DNA from: Candidatus Bathyarchaeota archaeon
GTDB lineage: Archaea > Thermoproteota > Bathyarchaeia > Bathyarchaeales > Bathycorpusculaceae
Assembly (NCBI GenBank): GCA_022865885.1
Contig: JALHSQ010000055.1
Coordinates: forward strand, 61,618-125,617
Direction of reading: 5' to 3'
DNA length: 64,000 nt
The translations under genes and the position numbers were made by a program. The notes below the pieces were generated by a model that was not told the DNA's origin, made no database searches, and saw only the letters and a program-made list of their open reading frames with translations. Positions 20,004-29,618 of this stretch are shown in pieces; position 1 is the first letter of the stretch, and every line of letters starts with the position of its first letter.

Positions 20004-20142
20004 TTGCCAACAATCGTCTGGTGCTTCTTCTTGCGTGTATTGCCCTTCATTTGTCTCGATTTCAAGCTTACGCGTATTCACGGTTTGACTTGCTCTCGAG
20101 TTTAATTTAAATATCCAACTCGCGTAGTAAGATTGATGGAAT

Positions 20143-20643
20143 ATGACTTGGCATTGTCCCAAATGTGGAAATGTAGTTCTGGAAAACGCTGGTTTTTGCG
20201 CGTACTGCGGTACACCGATTAGAATCGTTCAACCAGTAGAGATTAGGAGATCAGGTCTTCCAGTGGCGGGAGGCATTCTACAGATAATCTCAGCGTGCAT
20301 ATGCGTGATTGTCGCAACGATTAGCATGGCAATTCTTGCCACGTCCTCCTACTCCTACTATTACTACTACTATTCGCCGTGGGGGTTCTGGTTTGTTGGA
20401 GCATTTGGGTTGATTGGGTTCGCATTTGGGCTAGTGGGCGGAATCCTCACGTTAAGGAGGAAGTATTTCGAGACGGCATTGATCGGCGCGAGCCTCGTAA
20501 TGATTTCAGGCCTGATCAGCGTTACAGCGTGGGGAGCGCTGCCATACAGCGGCTTCGTTTTCGCCCTGTTCGGAATACCAACAATCATCCTTTCAGCACT
20601 AAGCCTGATTTTCATTGCAGCATCCAAAATGGAGTTCGCCTGA
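20143..20643 (+). CDS. Zinc-ribbon (CPKCG...CAYCG) membrane protein with Tyr-run (SSYSYYYYYYSPWGFWF)
   Basis: N-terminal double CxxC, four predicted TM helices, Y6 run encoded by tac/tat repeats at approx 20350-20375. Confidence 0.45.
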   Translation: MTWHCPKCGNVVLENAGFCAYCGTPIRIVQPVEIRRSGLPVAGGILQIISACICVIVATISMAILATSSYSYYYYYYSPWGFWFVGAFGLIGFAFGLVGGILTLRRKYFETALIGASLVMISGLISVTAWGALPYSGFVFALFGIPTIILSALSLIFIAASKMEFA

Positions 20644-20827
20644 CCTAACAGTATCCGAGATCATTTCGAATTTGCCAGGCAGACTGAAGAATCACTTCAG
20701 GCTTCAAACCCAACACTTCGCTGGCGGATGCTCACGTTTGGAGAAGACTTGTGATCTTGGATAAACCAAAAGATTTAATGATTGAACCAAGAAGTTTAGG
20801 CATCCAAGTATAAGGTGCGCCAAAGCT

Positions 20828-22285
20828 TTGGTGCTTCGTTTAGAGGCTATTACGTGTCCCGTTTGTGGATGTTTGTGCGATGACATAGAGCTAACCATCC
20901 GAGGCGGGAGAATTGCCAAGATCAAAAATGGTTGTGCAATGTGTGAATCAAAGTTCTTGGGATATTCTCGTCATAGACTTCTGAAACCCCTAATCAGGCG
21001 AAGGGGCAGATTGGTTGAGGTTTCTCTTGATGAGGCCATAACAAAGGCTGCTAAGATACTTGCCGAAGCAAATTACCCCCTGTTTTATGGTTGGAGTTCA
21101 ACGAGTTGTGAGGCTATACGCGTCGGACTCGAGTTGGCAGAGGAGACTGGTGGAGTAATCGATAATACGTCAACAGTCTGCCATGGACCATCTGAGCTTG
21201 CCGTACAAGACGTAGGCATTTCGACCTGCACGCTTGGGCAGGTAAGGCACAGAGCAGACTTGATGGTTTATTGGGGAAGCAACCCTTGGAGTGCTCATCC
21301 CCGGCACATCGAAAGATACACGAACCTTTCAGAAGGCAGATTCGAAAGAAGCGAATGGAAAAGCTACCTTAACAGGGCTAAAGCATCAAACGCTAGGAAA
21401 AAGGTCGAAACTGTACTGCGAAGAGTCTGGCCAAAAGAGGGACAGCTTTCAAGATCTCCAACCACAAAGGAGCCATTTCCAGCCCTTTTGAAGGAAGGAA
21501 GAAAACTAGTAGTGGTTGATGTAAGGAAGACCAGATCCGCAGAAATAGCTGACTACTTCATCCAAGTTGAACCCAACAGAGACTACGAGCTACTTCAAGC
21601 ACTTAGAGCCCTAGTTCTCGATCAAGAGCTTGACGTTGACCAGGTTGCAGGGGTACCAGTAGGATACTTGGAGGAAGTCGCCGAAGTAATGATTAACTGC
21701 AAATTCGGTGTGATCTTTTTCGGACTTGGACTCACAATGAGCAATGGAAAGCTGAGGAATGTGGATGCTGCCCTCTCCTTAACCCGGGATTTGAACAGAC
21801 GCACGAAATTTGTGATAATGCCCATGAGAGGACACTTTAACGTTACAGGTGCAGACACTGTTTTCACTTGGCAAACAGGCTATCCCTTTGCAGTTGACTT
21901 CTCACAGTGTTATCCGCGATATAATCCGGGAGAGACAACGGCCGTTGACATTTTGTTGCGCAAGGAATCAGATGCGGCTTTGGTTGTGGCTTCCGATCCG
22001 GTCGCAAACTTGCCGAGAAAAGCTGTTAAGCATCTTGTCAAGAACCCTTTGATAGTCATAGACCCGCACATGAATGCCACTTCACAAATGGCTGACATCG
22101 TTTTTCCCTCAGCCTTTGTCGGGATAGAAGCCGCTGGAACAGCTTATCGCATGGATCATGTACCACTTCCGCTCAAACAAGTGGTTGTGCCGCCAAAAGG
22201 AATACTGTCAGACAAAGAGATCCTAATGAGAATACTCTCCGAAGTCAAAAAGAAGAGAATCGCTGACAAGGCGGAGGCGTCATAG
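20828..22285 (+). CDS. fwdB: Formylmethanofuran dehydrogenase subunit B (Mo/W-bis-MGD catalytic subunit)
   Basis: N-terminal CPVCGCLCDDIEL [4Fe-4S] motif typical of FwdB. MopB-fold length. Confidence 0.85.
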   Translation: MVLRLEAITCPVCGCLCDDIELTIRGGRIAKIKNGCAMCESKFLGYSRHRLLKPLIRRRGRLVEVSLDEAITKAAKILAEANYPLFYGWSSTSCEAIRVGLELAEETGGVIDNTSTVCHGPSELAVQDVGISTCTLGQVRHRADLMVYWGSNPWSAHPRHIERYTNLSEGRFERSEWKSYLNRAKASNARKKVETVLRRVWPKEGQLSRSPTTKEPFPALLKEGRKLVVVDVRKTRSAEIADYFIQVEPNRDYELLQALRALVLDQELDVDQVAGVPVGYLEEVAEVMINCKFGVIFFGLGLTMSNGKLRNVDAALSLTRDLNRRTKFVIMPMRGHFNVTGADTVFTWQTGYPFAVDFSQCYPRYNPGETTAVDILLRKESDAALVVASDPVANLPRKAVKHLVKNPLIVIDPHMNATSQMADIVFPSAFVGIEAAGTAYRMDHVPLPLKQVVVPPKGILSDKEILMRILSEVKKKRIADKAEAS

Positions 22286-23977
22286 TTGGATCTTCTGATC
22301 AGCAACGGTTTCGTTTATGACCCTGTCAACGGTGTCAACGGCGAAAAAATGGATATTGCAATCAGAAATGGCAAGATTGTCGAAAGAATCAATACGCGCG
22401 GAGTCCACAAGATAGATGCTTCAGGGATGGTAGTCATGCCAGGCGGAGTGGATATTCATTGCCACATTGCTGGTTCGGAAGTCAATACTGGAAGACTCTT
22501 GAGGCCCGAAGACCACTTCAGAGACGTTGAATGTAAGACGTCTGTGACACGATCGGGAGTTGGACGTTCGATTCCCTCTACTTTTGCTACTGGCTATCGA
22601 TATGCAAGAATGGGTTACACTACAATAATGAATCCTTCAATGGCTCCTCTGGAGGCTAAACACACGCATGAAGAGTTGAATGACACTCCAATGGTTGACA
22701 AAGCTACATACCCGCTTCTGGGCGACTGGTGGTTTGTGCTCGAATACTTACGACAGGGAGAAATGAAGGAGCTTGCAAGACACGTCGGTTGGCTAATGAC
22801 TTCTACAAAAGGATATGCAGTGAAAATTGTTAACCCCGGGGGTTTGGAGGCATGGGGCTTCGGGCATAATGTTCACAGTTTGGATGATCAGGTTCCATAT
22901 TTCTGTATAACACCGCGTGAAATCATTCGCGGTCTATGCAAGGCGAATAAGCTTCTAAACTTGCCTCACACTATTCACGTTCATACGAATAATCTTGGAC
23001 AGCCCGGCAATTACGTTACTGCTTTGGAGACGATGAGGTGCGTTGAGGATTTGGCTGTTGGTGACAAGCCGGTGATTCACATCACTCACTGCCAGTTTAG
23101 TGCTTTCAAAGGTGAGGACTGGCGAACACTGAAATCGGGTGCAGAAGAAATCGCGAATTATGTCAACTGTCACAGTCATGTAACGTTGGATATGGGCCAA
23201 ATCATTTTCGGCGACACAACCACCATGACGGCTGATGGCCCATTCCAATTTGAGCTTTCAGAATTAACTAAGAATAAATGGGTAAATCACGATGTTGAAA
23301 CTGAGACAAGCGCAGGCATCGTGCCTTTCCACTATCGCCGCAAAAGCTACGTCCATGCAATCCAATGGTCAATAGGCTTGGAACTGGCCTTGCTTGTCAA
23401 GAATCCGTGGAGAATCTTCATGACAACAGATCACCCGAATGCTGGACCGTTTACCCAGTATCCTAGAATCCTTGCTTGGCTAATGAGCAGAAAGGCCAGA
23501 GAAGCCACCTTGAAGAGAGTTAATTCTAGGGCTAGATGCGCTAGTCTTCTCCCTTCAATAAGCCGTGAGCTAGGGTTCTACGAGATTGCAGTCGTCACGA
23601 GAGCTGGGCAAGCAAAAGCTCTAGGTCTCAAGAACAAAGGACACCTAGGTGTCGGTGCAGATGCAGACGTAGCCATATACCACGTGAACCCTGAGACCAC
23701 AGATCCTGCAAGAGAATACAAGACTGTGCGTAAGGCGTTCAAGCATGCAGCCTACACTATTAAGGCTGGCGAGATCGTTGTCAAAAACGATGAAATAGTG
23801 AAACATGTGAAGGGTTCTACAATGTGGCTTGACGTGCAGACCTCGGAACCTGCTAAATTGACAGATGACATGAAGAGAAGGTTCAGGGAATATTGGACGG
23901 TTGAATACGAAAACTACCCAGTGACAGAGGAATATGTCGAAGTTTCATGTCCTCGAATTGTGAAGGCTGACGTTTAA
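22286..23977 (+). CDS. fwdA: Formylmethanofuran dehydrogenase subunit A (amidohydrolase)
   Basis: MPGGVDIHCHIAG metal-binding motif. 563 aa. TTG start abutting the fwdB stop. Confidence 0.85.
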   Translation: MDLLISNGFVYDPVNGVNGEKMDIAIRNGKIVERINTRGVHKIDASGMVVMPGGVDIHCHIAGSEVNTGRLLRPEDHFRDVECKTSVTRSGVGRSIPSTFATGYRYARMGYTTIMNPSMAPLEAKHTHEELNDTPMVDKATYPLLGDWWFVLEYLRQGEMKELARHVGWLMTSTKGYAVKIVNPGGLEAWGFGHNVHSLDDQVPYFCITPREIIRGLCKANKLLNLPHTIHVHTNNLGQPGNYVTALETMRCVEDLAVGDKPVIHITHCQFSAFKGEDWRTLKSGAEEIANYVNCHSHVTLDMGQIIFGDTTTMTADGPFQFELSELTKNKWVNHDVETETSAGIVPFHYRRKSYVHAIQWSIGLELALLVKNPWRIFMTTDHPNAGPFTQYPRILAWLMSRKAREATLKRVNSRARCASLLPSISRELGFYEIAVVTRAGQAKALGLKNKGHLGVGADADVAIYHVNPETTDPAREYKTVRKAFKHAAYTIKAGEIVVKNDEIVKHVKGSTMWLDVQTSEPAKLTDDMKRRFREYWTVEYENYPVTEEYVEVSCPRIVKADV

Positions 23978-24790
23978 ATGATAACCATTTACCCATTGAG
24001 AGAGTTCAAGCTTCCAATAACTGTTGATTGCGTGAATCCTGACATCTTTCAAAATGGGCATTGCAGAGAAATAGTAGACTCGAAAGTCTGGGAAGGAAAC
24101 AAGCAGAAGAAACTCAGAGAGCTTTTCAGAATAGAGGAAGCTGGGCTTGAAGATTCAACGATAGCAGTCTGTGGTGATGTAAGCAAAGTTCGTAGGATAG
24201 GAGCATGCATGACGAGTGGGACAGTAATCATTAACGGAGATGTCGGCATGCATTTGGGAGAAGAAATGAAAGGTGGCAAGATAATCGTAAACGGAAACGT
24301 GGGCAGTTGGGCTGGCTCTATGATGAAAGGTGGCGAAATCAAGATCCATGGCAATGTCGGAGACTATCTGGGCGCCCCATACCGAGGAAGCGATGAAGGC
24401 ATGGCTAAAGGACGTATAATTGTTTATGGGACTGTAGGAAATGAAGCGGGAGCACACATGAAGAGTGGCATGCTGAAGATCTATGGAAGTGTCGGTCAAT
24501 TCACCGGTTTTCGAATGCATGACGGAACGATATACGTTCAGAAGGACTGTGCAGGAAGAGTTGGTGCTTGCATGGAGGGCGGTAAGATCATCATCGGTGG
24601 ATGCTTGGAGTCTGTTCTGCCTACTTTTACGATTGATAGTGTCAAGGCTAAAGTCAAGATTGAGGAAGGCGAAATTGTTGGGAAGCCATTCTATGTCTTC
24701 CTTGGGGATCTTGCAGAGAACGGGAATGGCAAGCTTTATGTTTTGAAAGAGAAGAACCCACAACTAAGTCATTTCGAAAGGTTTCTTTGA
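23978..24790 (+). CDS. fwdC: Formylmethanofuran dehydrogenase subunit C (GXGXG-repeat beta-helix)
   Basis: Repeated G-x-V-G-x-x-x-G-x-x-M-K-G-G-x-I blocks (e.g. NGDVGMHLGEEMKGGKIIVNGNVGSWAG). Confidence 0.85.
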   Translation: MITIYPLREFKLPITVDCVNPDIFQNGHCREIVDSKVWEGNKQKKLRELFRIEEAGLEDSTIAVCGDVSKVRRIGACMTSGTVIINGDVGMHLGEEMKGGKIIVNGNVGSWAGSMMKGGEIKIHGNVGDYLGAPYRGSDEGMAKGRIIVYGTVGNEAGAHMKSGMLKIYGSVGQFTGFRMHDGTIYVQKDCAGRVGACMEGGKIIIGGCLESVLPTFTIDSVKAKVKIEEGEIVGKPFYVFLGDLAENGNGKLYVLKEKNPQLSHFERFL

Positions 24791-24803
24791 GGAGAACTGC
24801 AAA

Positions 24804-25763
24804 GTGGAAAGGAATCTGAGCGTGAACCGTCTGGCATGGACTCTCGTAGGAAAACTGGTTGAGAACCACGCGTTCTACGGCGTTAAGGTGAGCAAGGTAG
24901 ATTCTGGGGCAACAATCGTAGATGCTGGCATAGATGCGAAGGGCGGCTTTGAAGTGGGAAGACTTGTGACTGAAATCTGCATGGGAGGCTGCGGAAAAGC
25001 AGACTTGACCAACAAGAGATATGGAGATTTGGAGCTTCCATCCATATTTGTTTACACTGACCATCCGGCTATCGCAACCTTGGGCTCTCAATATGCAGGT
25101 TGGCAAATAAGTGAGGGAGGCTATTTTGCGATAGGTTCTGGGCCGGCAAGAGCCTTAGCTTTGAAACCGAAGGGGATTTACCGCGAAATAAAATACCGCG
25201 ACAGCTTTGAGAAAGCCGTTGTCGTTCTTGAAACTGATAGAATTCCACCAGCGAGGATAGTTGAACGAATCGCTGAGGACTGCAGGATCAGCAGTGAAAA
25301 CTTGACGCTAATCCTAACTCCGACAGCTAGTATCGCTGGAGCAACCCAAGTATCAGGGAGAGTAATTGAAACTGGGATTCACAAGCTGAGAAAATTGGGG
25401 CTAGATCCCGGCGTGATCCTGAGTGCGTGGGGATGCGCTCCTATACCACCAATCCATCCTGTATTCGCAAACGCAATGGGGAGAGCAAATGACGCTATAC
25501 TCTACGGCGGAATTGCCTATTATGCTGTTGAACACGACCATGAGGAGAGACTAGAGAATATCGTACAAAATTCTGCTTCAAGGTACTCCAAGGATTACGG
25601 GAAACCATTCTTTGAGATTTTCAAAAAAGCGGAATTCGATTTTTACAAGATCGATCCTAATCTCTTCGCGCCAGCTATTATGATAGTCAATAATGCGAAG
25701 ACAGGCCACACGTTCAGGAGCGGTGAAATCAACGTCGATGCACTTGCGAAGTCGTTTTGCTGA
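24804..25763 (+). CDS. mch: Methenyltetrahydromethanopterin cyclohydrolase
   Basis: ICMGGCG, TDHPAIATLGSQYAGWQI, FAIGSGPARALALKPK, YGKPFFEIFK and FYKIDP match remembered Mch blocks. 319 aa. Confidence 0.8.
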   Translation: MERNLSVNRLAWTLVGKLVENHAFYGVKVSKVDSGATIVDAGIDAKGGFEVGRLVTEICMGGCGKADLTNKRYGDLELPSIFVYTDHPAIATLGSQYAGWQISEGGYFAIGSGPARALALKPKGIYREIKYRDSFEKAVVVLETDRIPPARIVERIAEDCRISSENLTLILTPTASIAGATQVSGRVIETGIHKLRKLGLDPGVILSAWGCAPIPPIHPVFANAMGRANDAILYGGIAYYAVEHDHEERLENIVQNSASRYSKDYGKPFFEIFKKAEFDFYKIDPNLFAPAIMIVNNAKTGHTFRSGEINVDALAKSFC

Positions 25764-25779
25764 TTTGCCAATCGGCTTC

Positions 25780-26340
25780 TTAGGATTTGATATAGAGATT
25801 GACGGATCTTGCTACAGAACATCCTATTGGAATAGTGTAAAGAGCCAACGTTACGTTGAATAGCACCACAAGTGGAACCATCGCAACTATCGCTTCCTCA
25901 GGAAGACTGTAACCAACAGGCGGTGCAAAACGAAGCAACGCGTAATTAAGCAATGCCATGAAACCTGCCCTTAAAGCAACACCAGCCGCCGTGAACGACG
26001 CGGAAACAATAACACCATGCTTTGGTAACCGCTTTTCCAGAAGAACCTTCACCATTCCGACACCCAACAGCATGCTAAGAACGGCCGCGCAATTGTAGAG
26101 TGGTCCAGTAGGAAGAGCTCCTGGGTATAAAGCCATCAGTGTCAGAGTATTAACAACCGTGATTAGAAACCCTACTCTGGCGCCATAGAGCAGGAAAGCT
26201 GTAACTATCGGGATTTCCCAGATCTGATATATGAGAAACGGCGCATAAGGAGCCGGAATTTTAAAAGGAGATAGGTTAAGGGCGATGGCAAGGGCAGCGA
26301 AGACAACTATGGCTACAACAGTTTTTGTTTTCATTTCCAT
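25780..26340 (-). CDS. Small polytopic membrane protein, ECF-transporter S-component-like
   Basis: 186 aa with 5-6 TM helices. No specific signature. Confidence 0.35.
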   Translation of the reverse strand: MEMKTKTVVAIVVFAALAIALNLSPFKIPAPYAPFLIYQIWEIPIVTAFLLYGARVGFLITVVNTLTLMALYPGALPTGPLYNCAAVLSMLLGVGMVKVLLEKRLPKHGVIVSASFTAAGVALRAGFMALLNYALLRFAPPVGYSLPEEAIVAMVPLVVLFNVTLALYTIPIGCSVARSVNLYIKS

Positions 26341-26456
26341 CCCTCTAGGCGTGACTCACCCCTTCTTGTAGAGTAGCTATTTAAGAGTAGCTACTCAGAA
26401 AAGAGTGTGGTCTGAGGGCATGCTGAAAGATAAATATCGCTGACGCATATTCCTTA

Positions 26457-27716
26457 GTGGGAAAGCGCTTGTCTGACGTCTTGGAATTCAACTCGAAGAA
26501 CATTAAGGCTTGGCTTGAACGGGAAACGGGTTCACTCTTTATACCAATCCATTCGAAGAGTCAAAAACTGCTTGACAGCATGCGCAAAAGCCTTGAGGAT
26601 CTGTCTGATGTCTCGAAAATGCTATTGGAGGACAGTGGGAAAGAGATCGAAAAGAGAAACATGAGAGTTTACGGACGCGCCAGAGCATTGAACAAACTTG
26701 CACGACTTTTTGTTGATAGAACGAAACTGATAAGGATCCCAGACAAGGTCACCTATGACAACCTCAACGGGTTCGTACAGGAGACGCAGAGAGCCTTTTT
26801 CGTTACAGAGACGGATGTGAAAAACTTTTTTCCTCGTGTTTCCCCGTTCTTCATTCTTGACAGGAGGAAGTTTCAAGCAGTTTTCGAGAAAGCAAGAGAA
26901 TCTTTGAGAGAACTCAACGGTTTCTTGACAAGGGAATATGTTAAGACCAAGACGCTGGAGGAAACATTTCAGATTATTGGTGAACTCCAAGTTCTTGAAG
27001 AGCAAGCCGTCGTCCAGAAAGAACAAAAGACCACATCTGAAAGTGAGAAGGCCAAGATTGAACGAGAAATCGCTGAAACAGAGCAGAGAATGGCTAGCCT
27101 AAAGAACAAGGGAACCCTGAGCCTGCTAAACCAAATGAATATGGAAATAGATGCTTTGAGTGTGGAAATAAAGCACAGTTTGCAGCATCTTCAAAAACCT
27201 TTCATAAAGCTCCAATCACTTGCACTCCATGGCGAAGGAAGCGGTCTAACACTGGAAGAGATCAACAAACTGGGCAAGTACCTAGAGGATCCTTTTGACG
27301 CGTTTGCAACGGAAGAGGCTGGTTATCCACTACTAAAGCAGATCCTTGAGAAAATGCGGGAGGCCATATCTGAAGATAAACTTAAACTGAAACCTGAAAA
27401 GACGCGAAAGGCAGAGCAGGTTCTGGAAAGCATTCTAAACCAGAACTCTCTAGCAAGTCTTCATCAAAAGAGCGTCGATGTTTCGATGCGTAGAAAGCAG
27501 CTTTCTTCTTCTATCGAGGTGGCAGAGATTGAGAAAGATCTGTTAAAACTTAGAGAACAGGTCGAGGCACTTGAGCGGCGAAAGAGAATAGTCGAAGGAG
27601 AACAAATCACAAGAGAACGAGCCTACAGCGAAACAGTAGAGAAAATCCGAAATCACAAGACTGAAATCGAAAAGAACGTTTTCAACTTCATGAACAAGAA
27701 AATACGCGTAGGATAG
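26457..27716 (+). CDS. Coiled-coil protein (hypothetical)
   Basis: K/E/Q-rich heptad patterns throughout. No enzymatic motif. Confidence 0.45.
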   Translation: MGKRLSDVLEFNSKNIKAWLERETGSLFIPIHSKSQKLLDSMRKSLEDLSDVSKMLLEDSGKEIEKRNMRVYGRARALNKLARLFVDRTKLIRIPDKVTYDNLNGFVQETQRAFFVTETDVKNFFPRVSPFFILDRRKFQAVFEKARESLRELNGFLTREYVKTKTLEETFQIIGELQVLEEQAVVQKEQKTTSESEKAKIEREIAETEQRMASLKNKGTLSLLNQMNMEIDALSVEIKHSLQHLQKPFIKLQSLALHGEGSGLTLEEINKLGKYLEDPFDAFATEEAGYPLLKQILEKMREAISEDKLKLKPEKTRKAEQVLESILNQNSLASLHQKSVDVSMRRKQLSSSIEVAEIEKDLLKLREQVEALERRKRIVEGEQITRERAYSETVEKIRNHKTEIEKNVFNFMNKKIRVG

Positions 27717-27730
27717 CTGAGGCGTAGCGT

Positions 27731-28660
27731 TTGCAGACTAGTTTTTCGGAAATAGTTAGGGAGGCCTTTAAGGTTCGATGCGACGTTTTTGCCGAATTGC
27801 TTGAGGAAACCACGCAACTGATCTGTAAGGAGAGCAAAGACACCACAAGAATCGGTGTCTTAGGCAGACTTGCCAAACTTGAGCCTTCAGGAGAGGCGTT
27901 GATAGTCGGCGACTTACATGGAGATCTTGAAAGCCTTGTTGATATCTTTAACGAAAGCGGCTTCTTTCGGATTTTGAGTCGGAAAGAAGACGCTGTTCTA
28001 GTCTTCCTTGGGGACTATGGCGACCGTGGGGCATATTCAGCAGAAATATATTATGTTGTGTCAAGCTTGAAGCTTCTCTTTCCGGAGCAAGTCATTTTGA
28101 TGCGTGGAAACCATGAAGGACCCATGGATCTCTTGGCGGAACCACACGATTTGCCAGCGCAGCTCCAAACGAGGTTTGGCGAAAACTGGACAGAGGTCTA
28201 CTCGAAAATCAACAATCTATTCACTTGTTTGTACCTTGCGGTGACTGTTGAGGAGCGCTATCTGCTGGTCCATGGAGGCTTGCCTCCGCAAGTAGAGCGA
28301 CTTGAAGACTTGGCGTTCGCTCATAATGAGCACCCCAAGCAAAGTTTTCTGGAGGACTTGTTGTGGAGCGACCCAGATGAAATGATCAAGGGGACCTCTG
28401 CATCGCCACGGGGCGCAGGAAGACTTTTTGGCGAGAACGTAACACGGCAAGTGCTAGATAGGCTTAATGTTAGAATCCTGATAAGAGGTCATGAACCATG
28501 CCAAGACGGCTTCAAGATTGGTCACAACGGAAGAGTTTTAACTCTCTTTTCACGAAAAGGACCACCTTACTTCAATGCTTATGGTGCTTACTTGGATCTA
28601 AGACTCTCTGAAAGATACGAGCGTGCTGAGCAGCTAATTCCGTATATTCACAAATTCTAG
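27731..28660 (+). CDS. PPP-family serine/threonine protein phosphatase (calcineurin-like metallophosphoesterase)
   Basis: GDLHGD, GDYGDRG and GNHE motifs in canonical order. Confidence 0.8.
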   Translation: MQTSFSEIVREAFKVRCDVFAELLEETTQLICKESKDTTRIGVLGRLAKLEPSGEALIVGDLHGDLESLVDIFNESGFFRILSRKEDAVLVFLGDYGDRGAYSAEIYYVVSSLKLLFPEQVILMRGNHEGPMDLLAEPHDLPAQLQTRFGENWTEVYSKINNLFTCLYLAVTVEERYLLVHGGLPPQVERLEDLAFAHNEHPKQSFLEDLLWSDPDEMIKGTSASPRGAGRLFGENVTRQVLDRLNVRILIRGHEPCQDGFKIGHNGRVLTLFSRKGPPYFNAYGAYLDLRLSERYERAEQLIPYIHKF

Positions 28661-28739
28661 GCCTGCCTTTTCACGGAAACCTTAAGAACCTTAGCCCATC
28701 AAGCAGTCTCACAAGTTCAAGCTTGCAGAAGGCTCGTTC

Positions 28740-29618
28740 TTGAAATTTGGCATCGCAACACGAAATGAGAACTCTTGGAGTTCAACTCAAATCCGAGAAG
28801 CACTGGCCAAACGCCGCATTTCAAGCGAATGCTTTTGCCTTTCTCGCCTAGTTGCCCGTGTCGGATGTGCGCCTTACTTCGAAGCTGCTAACGTTGACGT
28901 CCAGAAAGAGCTAGATGCTCTGTTGATTCGTCCAATTGGTCGAGGATCCGTAGACGAACTGGTTTTCAGAATGGATGTCCTTTACCGCCTTCAACGTCTG
29001 GGTCTATACGTCATAAATTCTCCTGAAGCAATTGAACATTGTGTCGATAAGTATGATGTCCTCGCAATCTTGGAAGAGAATGGTGTTCCCGTCCCACGCA
29101 CCGCAACTACAGAAAACGTCAATGAAGCAATGAATGCTTTTTGTGAACTGGGCGGGGATGTTATAGTTAAACCACTCTTTGGCAGCAGAGGAGTAGGCGC
29201 AACGAGAGTAAGAGACAAAGATGTGGCTTCTACTGTCTTTAGGGCCATAACCTTTCATCATGGCGTGGTTTACCTTCAGGAATTCGTGAATCATGGTCAT
29301 TCAGATATTCGAGCCTTTGTAATTGGCAATCGTGTCATTGCAGCGATGAGGCGTATGGCAGATTGCTGGAAAACCAATTATAGCCAAGGAGCCCATCCAG
29401 CCCCAATTGAGCTTGACAAAATGATCGAAGGTCTATCCATCAAATCCGCGGAACTTGTTGGTTGCAAGATTGCTGGCGTAGATATTCTTGAAAGCCCGAA
29501 AGGTCCGGTTGTCGTTGAGGTTAACAGTCAGCCAGGTTGGCGAGGTCTGCAATCAGTTTCACGTGTTAATGTTGCTGATGAGATCGTTGACTTTGTTTTG
29601 TCGGAATTGAAGAAGTGA
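28740..29618 (+). CDS. RimK-family ATP-grasp alpha-L-glutamate ligase (MptN/CofF-like)
   Basis: ATP-grasp core IVKPLFGSRGVGATRV. About 290 aa. Sits in a methanopterin/C1 neighbourhood. Confidence 0.65.
   Translation: MKFGIATRNENSWSSTQIREALAKRRISSECFCLSRLVARVGCAPYFEAANVDVQKELDALLIRPIGRGSVDELVFRMDVLYRLQRLGLYVINSPEAIEHCVDKYDVLAILEENGVPVPRTATTENVNEAMNAFCELGGDVIVKPLFGSRGVGATRVRDKDVASTVFRAITFHHGVVYLQEFVNHGHSDIRAFVIGNRVIAAMRRMADCWKTNYSQGAHPAPIELDKMIEGLSIKSAELVGCKIAGVDILESPKGPVVVEVNSQPGWRGLQSVSRVNVADEIVDFVLSELKK

Noticed and set aside
24804-25763. Possible Ftr (formylmethanofuran:H4MPT formyltransferase) given the fwd context
   Set aside because: Sequence blocks (ICMGGCG, TDHPAIATLG..AGWQI, YGKPFFEIF, FYKIDP) match Mch cyclohydrolase, not Ftr. 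Called mch.
26371-26396. preQ1 riboswitch interpretation of the UAGCUA-containing hairpin
   Set aside because: A 9-bp perfect stem with an 8-nt loop and no A-rich pseudoknot tail is inconsistent with preQ1-I/II architecture.
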